From Candidatus Shapirobacteria bacterium (GTDB taxonomy: Bacteria; Patescibacteriota; Microgenomatia; UBA12405), in assembly GCA_041659325.1 (NCBI GenBank), contig JBAZYN010000001.1:430819-494818 (forward strand): a stretch of 64,000 nt of DNA, read 5' to 3'. The notes under the pieces are model-generated. The model made no database searches, was not told where the DNA came from, and was given only the letters and a program-made list of their open reading frames with translations. Shown in pieces: positions 57,578-64,000 of the stretch. The position numbers and the translations under genes were made by a program. Every line of letters starts with the position of its first letter. Within the stretch, counting starts at the first letter, position 1.

Positions 57578-57648
57578 GGGCCCATAGTCTAATGGTAAAA
57601 CGTCTCAGTCGCACTGAGTTGTTGGCGGTTCGAGTCCGCCTGGGTCCA
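57578..57648 (+). tRNA. tRNA-Ala (anticodon CGC), compact, non-canonical
   Basis: Acceptor GGGCCCA/TGGGTCC with the G3-U70 Ala identity pair. Short D-arm. An anticodon stem CTCA/TGAG with loop GTCGCAC. Confidence 0.55.
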
Positions 57649-57656
57649 CCGCAACT

Positions 57657-58661
57657 TTATTTCCTAGGTCGACCAAGAAAATCTCTTCCCCGGGGAGCAA
57701 GTTGAGCTTCTGTTTCTCTTATTTCTTTCCTATCTTTATTTTTATGACCCACCCCAATGATTTTAGGAAAATCTCTATGTGAATATCGGGAATAAATATC
57801 TTGCCTTTCATGTAATCTAATTTTAGATATTTGTTCGGCATCACCGGTCATCAATACTTCAGCCACCGATTTTTCAGTTCCGTCAACATCAACCATAGTC
57901 GTCTCACACCAAGAACAACCACCCCCATATGTCTCTTTTGCCGATCGAATGATTTTTGACAATAAATGGTCTACCGTACCGAAGTGTATCTCCCCGGTAA
58001 TATCAGCCGAATCGACTAAGTTACTACACTCAACAAACACTCCGGATGCAATCGAAACTGCTACTCTAGCCTCAGCTAATGTCGCTACTTGACCGGTCTC
58101 AACCAAATCTCTTGCCAAGGCAGCCTTATATTTTGGATAATTACTTAGTTTTTCTTTTACCCCGGAATCAACCGCCTCTCCCTGCTGTTTTAATCTTAGC
58201 TGAAATCCCTCTTTTCTCTGTGGATCAACCTCACATAAATCCCTAACAATAACCGCGGCAATAGCTGGAACTGGATAATTTTCACATACCGCACTGAGAT
58301 CAGCACCGTCAACACTACTAGCCCCATCATAATAATTTAGACCTTTTTCTATCATGTAAAATGGTTCTTGCTTTAAACCAGCCAACACATTTACCAACAC
58401 AGCCAAACGTGTCATTCTTATCCAATCATCGTATGGGACACCCTCGGGAGAATCAATAAGATAACTACGAGAACCATACTCACCTTCTGGTGGAGTCGGT
58501 ATTCTTCTTTCGAGTTTATAACCAAATTCATCTCTCATAGCGTCCGCCACCTGTCTTCGCGTTGCTTCATAACCTGAGTTTCGTTGGGCCAAATCATCTA
58601 TTGTCATAACCAACATATTATCACAACTTTTAATCCCGATAAAGATTTCCTCCCTCCCCAA
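57657..58661 (-). CDS. Hypothetical protein (no recognised family), adjacent to tRNA-Ala
   Basis: A continuous 334-aa ORF. The Cys motif GGGCSWCE appears near the C-terminal third. Its composition is slightly GC-richer than neighbouring genes. Confidence 0.4.
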   Translation of the reverse strand: MGREEIFIGIKSCDNMLVMTIDDLAQRNSGYEATRRQVADAMRDEFGYKLERRIPTPPEGEYGSRSYLIDSPEGVPYDDWIRMTRLAVLVNVLAGLKQEPFYMIEKGLNYYDGASSVDGADLSAVCENYPVPAIAAVIVRDLCEVDPQRKEGFQLRLKQQGEAVDSGVKEKLSNYPKYKAALARDLVETGQVATLAEARVAVSIASGVFVECSNLVDSADITGEIHFGTVDHLLSKIIRSAKETYGGGCSWCETTMVDVDGTEKSVAEVLMTGDAEQISKIRLHERQDIYSRYSHRDFPKIIGVGHKNKDRKEIRETEAQLAPRGRDFLGRPRK

Positions 58662-58784
58662 TCCACCTTCCCCTCCTCTTGTTATCTAATTCTAGTGTGA
58701 TGCTTCACCTAATCCCAACTGACGAACATCCATAAAAAATTCTCTAACTGCATATGCTCACTTTATCATTAGAGGAAAGACCAC

Positions 58785-60377
58785 TTAGTTCACCTCATAA
58801 ATCAAAAACTGCACTTCTCCGCCCGGTTTTTTGATTTCTTCCAATAGGCTCAGTTTACCTCCCGCCTCCCCCGCTATTGGGTTAATTACCGACACCACAT
58901 ACAAGCTTTTCGGTTTTAGTTCTTCTCTGTTCCAGTCAACCTCTTTAAACCAATATTTCCCAATCCTTGTTCCGTCTCCATCAGTTCTTTTCTGCATAGC
59001 CTCAACCGGAAATGCTCCAAAATACCCAAAATACAAATGTGCCACCCCCACAAATTGCCCATATCTGCCAAACTTTGGCTCCACCACCACCAGGTCATAA
59101 TTTTCAGCCCTGGGTTTAATAAACTCCCACGCTTGTTTATACCCGTACTGAAACCCATCGGCGCTAAATTTTGGAAACTGAATATAGTAAGCCACTACAA
59201 ATACTCCAAAATTAAAGACCAGAAAGGGTATTAATCCCAAAAACCATTTTCTCTTATTTTCAAACAGCCATTTAGCCCCTCCCGCCATAATAATTATCGC
59301 CGGCACCAGCATCGAAATATTTCTAACCGAGGTAATTCCACCTACAGTCAAGGCAGGCACTATGGGGCACAATAACAACCAAACTAACAACCACTTAAAA
59401 TCATTTCCAAAAATTATTTTCCCCTTCCACAATCCGAGTACCACTAATGGTAAGCAACCCAACAAAAACCATCCCTGTTCCAATGGGTAACTGCCCTCAA
59501 ACAAATCAATCCCATTTCCAAACATTCCCGCCAAATCAATTTGCCCCAAATAATTATTAATCGGACCCGTCCCTGCCGTCCAAGTTTTCCTCAACCAACT
59601 ATCATGGTTGTTTTTTAAATAATCCTGCAACTGACCGTCAGACAACCACAATTGCGAGCTAGCCCGATTGTTTACATCCCTTCTTTGCACCATCAAAAAA
59701 TTCAAAAACATTGGCAAAGCAATTATCACCACCAAAACCCACATCGTCCACCATTTTTTAAAAGAAATTTCCTTTTTCCAGATAAAAGGAAGTATCACCG
59801 CCAAAAGGGGAGTCAATCCCCATTGAGTGTGATAACCCCAAATTGAAAATCCCAACAACACCCCGGCTAAAACCAAATAAATATTAGTTTTCAAATTTTT
59901 ATATCGATACATCATCCACACCCCCATCGTCATTACCAGTACCGCTAAGTTCGATTCAAAAGCCATCCGCGACACCGTAATTGCCTTAGGGTTAAGGGCC
60001 ATCAGCAGTGCCGAGATTATTCCCACCCATGGGTTTACCGACTCTCTGGCCATAAGCCCCACAACCAATACCAAAATCGAGCCTGACAACGCCGATAAAA
60101 ATCTTACCCCAAGCTCATTATTGCCAAACAAAAAGTTGAAAGGCATATTCAAATACCCATAAAGCGGGGCCTTATAAGTCTGGTGTGACTTAAACGATAG
60201 GGGATAAGCCACTCCATGTTCGTCCCTGCCGATCGTCCGCACCGAATAAGAATCAAAAGCAATCGAAATCTCATCATTCCCCAAATGTGGCGGATTAGAG
60301 CTCAAATTAACCGTTCTCAATAATAACCCCGCCAAAAATATTAACAATAGTCCGACCCCAAAATACTTATTTTTCAT
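58785..60377 (-). CDS. GT-C fold glycosyltransferase (ArnT/PMT, GT39/GT83-like), polytopic membrane protein
   Basis: An N-terminal signature around LGNDEISIAFDSYSV. More than 10 TM helices. 530 aa. Confidence 0.6.
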   Translation of the reverse strand: MKNKYFGVGLLLIFLAGLLLRTVNLSSNPPHLGNDEISIAFDSYSVRTIGRDEHGVAYPLSFKSHQTYKAPLYGYLNMPFNFLFGNNELGVRFLSALSGSILVLVVGLMARESVNPWVGIISALLMALNPKAITVSRMAFESNLAVLVMTMGVWMMYRYKNLKTNIYLVLAGVLLGFSIWGYHTQWGLTPLLAVILPFIWKKEISFKKWWTMWVLVVIIALPMFLNFLMVQRRDVNNRASSQLWLSDGQLQDYLKNNHDSWLRKTWTAGTGPINNYLGQIDLAGMFGNGIDLFEGSYPLEQGWFLLGCLPLVVLGLWKGKIIFGNDFKWLLVWLLLCPIVPALTVGGITSVRNISMLVPAIIIMAGGAKWLFENKRKWFLGLIPFLVFNFGVFVVAYYIQFPKFSADGFQYGYKQAWEFIKPRAENYDLVVVEPKFGRYGQFVGVAHLYFGYFGAFPVEAMQKRTDGDGTRIGKYWFKEVDWNREELKPKSLYVVSVINPIAGEAGGKLSLLEEIKKPGGEVQFLIYEVN

Positions 60378-61017
60378 GTCTTATCCCTCTTTGCCACCAA
60401 AATATAAGTGCCGGCAATGCCCCTACCAGCGACATATTGCTATCCACCAGTATCCCCAAAGCCGAAGACACCACCACTGTCGCGATCCAAAAAAACTCTT
60501 CTTTTTTTGGTTTAGTCAAAAACAACATTCCAAAACCCAAAAATCCGATTGTTCTAACCAAATACACCGGCGACATAATTTTCAAAATATTCATTACCCA
60601 TAACCTCAAAACCAGCCAATCTCCATAAAATATATTTCGAACCCGATAGGGGACAACCACATCATTTTTCCAATAGGTTTCCACCACTTCCAAATTCCCC
60701 GGATTTGTAATCACCATTTTTTCCAAATTAAAACTATATTCAAATGGTCTTAAATTTATGGTAAAAAAATGGTTAATATTTAGATTAATTAAAAACACAA
60801 TCGGCATTACCAATACCAAAAAATATTTATTTCTTTGAGCCACCAACCACAAAACAATCACCGCCAACCCCACTTTCCAATCCATTTCAAAAAATTTCCA
60901 AAAAATTGGCGCCCCACCCAATACCACCATCATCAACCCCGTCCAAAACACGTTTTTTGCATCAATCCTTCTTTTATTCCCCACCACATATATTACCTCG
61001 TAAACGGCCTCACCCAA
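60367..61017 (-). CDS. Hypothetical membrane protein
   Basis: A 216-aa ORF with 4-5 TM helices. It overlaps the downstream glycosyltransferase gene start by 11 nt, which suggests an operon. Confidence 0.4.
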   Translation of the reverse strand: MGEAVYEVIYVVGNKRRIDAKNVFWTGLMMVVLGGAPIFWKFFEMDWKVGLAVIVLWLVAQRNKYFLVLVMPIVFLINLNINHFFTINLRPFEYSFNLEKMVITNPGNLEVVETYWKNDVVVPYRVRNIFYGDWLVLRLWVMNILKIMSPVYLVRTIGFLGFGMLFLTKPKKEEFFWIATVVVSSALGILVDSNMSLVGALPALIFWWQRGIRHEK

Positions 61018-61091
61018 AGGATTTCTTGAGATATACCAGATAGTATCACACTACCCTATAAAATTTTTCAAAACGAGTTATAATCTGTCTC

Positions 61092-62579
61092 ATGAAAAGA
61101 AATCTCTCACTACCTCTGTTAGTTGCAATTTTTACCTTCGTTTTTTTGCAAGCCCCTCTCAAAGTCTCCGCCCAGAGCCGCCCCGCATTTTCCGGCCTCA
61201 ATTTTTATTACGGTGATCTCCACGCCCACAGCGGCTATTCTTCCGACGGCGTCGGCCGGCCAGAAACTGCCTACGACAACGCCATAAACAACAGAAACGA
61301 CTTTTTTGCCCTCACCGAACACGACGAAGCCTTTGTTACCAATCCCGACCTCTGTCTCAAGGCCGTCGACAGCTCCAAAATCGGTACCCCTCAGTTTCAG
61401 TGCGCTCAAAGAGAAACCGTTGGCACTACCCAATAATGGCAAAATCTAAAAAGCATTGCCCAAGATAAAAATATTTCCGACCAATTTGTTGCCCTCTACG
61501 GTTTTGAGTGGACCCACACCGGCGGCCATATCAACGTCCTTGAAGCCCCAAACTTTACCACCCCTCCCTATACTCTGGATAACTTTTACACCTACCTCAG
61601 CCAACATCCGGACAAAAACACCCTCTTTGCCATGTTCAACCACCCCTTCAATGGTTCCGATTTCAGACTTCCGGTCAACAGCACCGATCTGTCAACTATA
61701 TTCACTTACCGTTCTACCATTGCCCCCTATACCTATATGGTCGAAACCAACGCTTTTGCCTCTCATTTTCCCAAAGCTCTAAAGAAAGGTTACAAGCTTG
61801 GTGCCACCGGTTATGGCGATAACCACAATGTCGCCAACGCCGGTTCCCGTCGCTACGGAGTTCTTACTTCATCTCTGACCAAGGACTCGGTTGTCGCTGC
61901 TTTCAAAAACCGCCAAACCTTCGGGGTTCTCGACGGACGCGCCGGCTCCTCCTATTTTCCCCTTGCCATCGCCCTAATAGTCAACAATCAACTCATGGGC
62001 GGTACTGTTAATTTCAATGGCTCAATTTCTTACGAACTTTACGCCCGGGATGATCAAAAATTACTCGACTCCCTCGAGATTAGATATGGTGGTTTCGATT
62101 ACAGCTCCGATTATTATCTTGCCGCTACTTTTACAAACAATGGTAACGAGGTAACCAGAACCGGAACCTTTTCAAACTTTGCCTATGCCATGCCCAAACG
62201 GGCAAAATTTGTCTACGCTGTTGCCAAACAAAAAGACTCCAAAAACAATTTGGTCGAAGTCGCCTGGTCTTCTCCGGTCTTTCTAAACTACAATCCCTCA
62301 TATGTCACCACTCCAACCGCCACCCCCCCGCAACCCACCAGCCCTCCTGTTTCAACCATCACTTCCACCCCCACCCCAATTCTTACTCCCACCGCCACTC
62401 CGACCAAAATTATCACTCCCACTCCGACCACCTCAGCCATTACCTGTTCCGGCGGGTGTTACGGCAGTAGTCCCAATTGTACTAGAAACTGCGGCACTAC
62501 TTGCACCAAACTTTCAGTCTCCCAAACTCTCTCCCAGTGTGGTTGGGCAAACGCCCGGGCTTATCGGTGCTGTAAATAA
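61092..62579 (+). pseudogene. Secreted PHP-domain metal-dependent phosphoesterase with a Cys-rich C-terminal tail, interrupted by one in-frame TAA (61437-61439)
   Basis: The ORFs 61092-61436 and 61632-62579 are in the same frame. The 195-nt gap translates without further stops (WQNLKSIAQDK...YGFEWTHTGGHINVL). PHP motifs GDLHAHSGYSSDG, EHD, HTGGH and GYGDNHN are present. Confidence 0.55.
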
Positions 62580-62612
62580 AAAATATTTCTCACAAATCCG
62601 CTAAAATAACTT

Positions 62613-62903
62613 GTGGGTAATCCGCCGACATCAATCAAAGACCAGCTCAAAAAATTTCAACAAACTCTTTTTGGGCGCCAAAAATATGTCAAAAATGAAT
62701 ATCAGTCCTACGGTCTGGAATTAGCCAAAGAATTGGGTGATTGGAAAAACCGTGCCCTCTATATCCGGATGGCCAAAAATATGGACCGAAAAATCCTCGA
62801 ACAAGCCCGCTACTTTATAAAGGACCAAACTCGCGGTACAATTCAATCGCCATATAAACTTTTTATGTGGAAAGTTAAGGAATTACGGAGTAGTCAAAAA
62901 TGA
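62613..62903 (+). CDS. Hypothetical protein
   Basis: A 96-aa ORF that overlaps the start of the downstream gene by 4 nt. Confidence 0.3.
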   Translation: MGNPPTSIKDQLKKFQQTLFGRQKYVKNEYQSYGLELAKELGDWKNRALYIRMAKNMDRKILEQARYFIKDQTRGTIQSPYKLFMWKVKELRSSQK

Positions 62904-63955
62904 ATTTTTTCGAAAAAAATATTCTAAAAATTTTTATTGGCATTATTCTGGCAACCGCCGTTTTTGTCGGCTTTAATCAGGTCCAAGCTCAAAATTCCAA
63001 AGATCAAACCCAAAAATTCAACCCAAAAAAAGACATCGTTTACACTCCCAAATTTGAAAATATAAAAGAAGAACTGATTATCACCGGCTCGATTAGCGCC
63101 GACAAAATTGCTTCACTCCGCTTCCAAAATTCCGGCAGATTAGTTTGGGTTGGCGTCAAAGTAGGGGACAGGGTCAAAAAATGGCAGGCTCTGGCTAGTC
63201 TCGACCGAAAAGAATTAGAGAAAAATCTTTCTACCCAATTTAACAACTATCTTACCACCTTTTCCGAATTCCACGACACCGAATTCGATTACAAAACCAC
63301 CCGGGAAAACGCCCTGGTCACCGACACTGTTCAACGGATTCTTGATCGCACCCAATATTCTCTCAACAACGCCGTTATCAAATACGAAATCGCCGATATG
63401 GCTCTCAAAGAGTCAGTCCTGTCTACCCCCATCGAAGGAGTGGTCGTCGGTATCGATCAACCAATCCCCGGTACCAACATTACCCCCGCCACCGCCACCT
63501 TTACCGTTATCGACCCCGGCAGTATTTTTTTCAAATCAGAAATTGATCAGCAGGATGTTACCAAAATCACTACTGGGCAACTTGCCACCATCAAAATCGA
63601 CGCCTTCCCCGGACAGGAGATAGCTTCGGAAATTTCTTATCTGTCTTTTATCCCTGTTTCTGGTCAAACCTCCACCGTCTATGAGGTCCGGTTTAATCTG
63701 CCCCTGGAAAACAACGATTTGCTATATCGTCTGGGCATGGATGGTGATGCGACTTTAGTTCTTTCGGAATCCGCCAATGCTCTCACCATTCCCACCGACG
63801 CCGTTTATGACGACAATGGCCAAAGTTATGTTTACAAAAAAAATGACAACCTTCTGGTCCGTCAGGATATAAAAATCGGCATCGAAACTGATACCACTAC
63901 CGAGGTTAAAGAAGGCCTTACCCAAAATGACCAAGTCGTTCTCACCTCAAAATAA
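62900..63955 (+). CDS. Efflux transporter periplasmic adaptor (HlyD/MacA membrane-fusion family)
   Basis: An N-terminal TM anchor, coiled-coil/lipoyl hairpin and beta-barrel (IKIDAFPGQEIASEISYLS). Confidence 0.65.
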   Translation: MNFFEKNILKIFIGIILATAVFVGFNQVQAQNSKDQTQKFNPKKDIVYTPKFENIKEELIITGSISADKIASLRFQNSGRLVWVGVKVGDRVKKWQALASLDRKELEKNLSTQFNNYLTTFSEFHDTEFDYKTTRENALVTDTVQRILDRTQYSLNNAVIKYEIADMALKESVLSTPIEGVVVGIDQPIPGTNITPATATFTVIDPGSIFFKSEIDQQDVTKITTGQLATIKIDAFPGQEIASEISYLSFIPVSGQTSTVYEVRFNLPLENNDLLYRLGMDGDATLVLSESANALTIPTDAVYDDNGQSYVYKKNDNLLVRQDIKIGIETDTTTEVKEGLTQNDQVVLTSK

Positions 63956-64000
63956 ATCAAAAATCGTCCTCGAGTTAAAAGACGTAGTCAAAACCTATAC

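Overview
This 64-kb window looks like a reduced-genome Patescibacteria/CPR-type bacterium using the standard genetic code. Evidence for the standard code: TGA is a real stop, for example the pheS stop is overlapped by the pheT ATG. Compact housekeeping operons make up most of the window, and several genes are domain-trimmed, typical of CPR: thrS without its N-terminal TGS/N1 domains, a short pheT, and a trigger factor lacking the PPIase domain. The operons present are thrS-infC-rpmI-rplT-pheS-pheT, rpmF-nusB-rnc, rpsP plus a KH-domain gene, tgt plus a MiaB-like gene, efp, tig, recG, ligA, holB, pth and a PBP1A gene. There are 12 tRNA genes in four clusters, two of them with adjacent partial tRNA copies. 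A roughly 22-kb type IV pilus (T4P) locus sits on the minus strand: pilB-pilT-pilC, a major pilin, pilD, eight further prepilin-like genes, and pilM-pilN-pilO. Embedded in that locus is a family of large secreted cysteine-rich modular paralogs with no recognisable homology, and a tandemly duplicated gene carrying identical promoters and hairpins. I judge this the most likely novel system in the window. The second notable feature is a set of short repeat families: a GGGAGGG-type hairpin repeat, heptamer and octamer tandem repeats, and tRNA-flanking palindromes. These occur in intergenic regions and also in-frame inside essential genes (miaB, pheT, ligA, the DRG GTPase, pilD and prepilin leaders). 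Other items: a bacterial copy of a eukaryote/archaea-type DRG GTPase, a Fic protein, a NYN-domain protein, a PHP-domain phosphoesterase ORF broken by a single in-frame TAA, and a GC-rich candidate ncRNA upstream of tgt.
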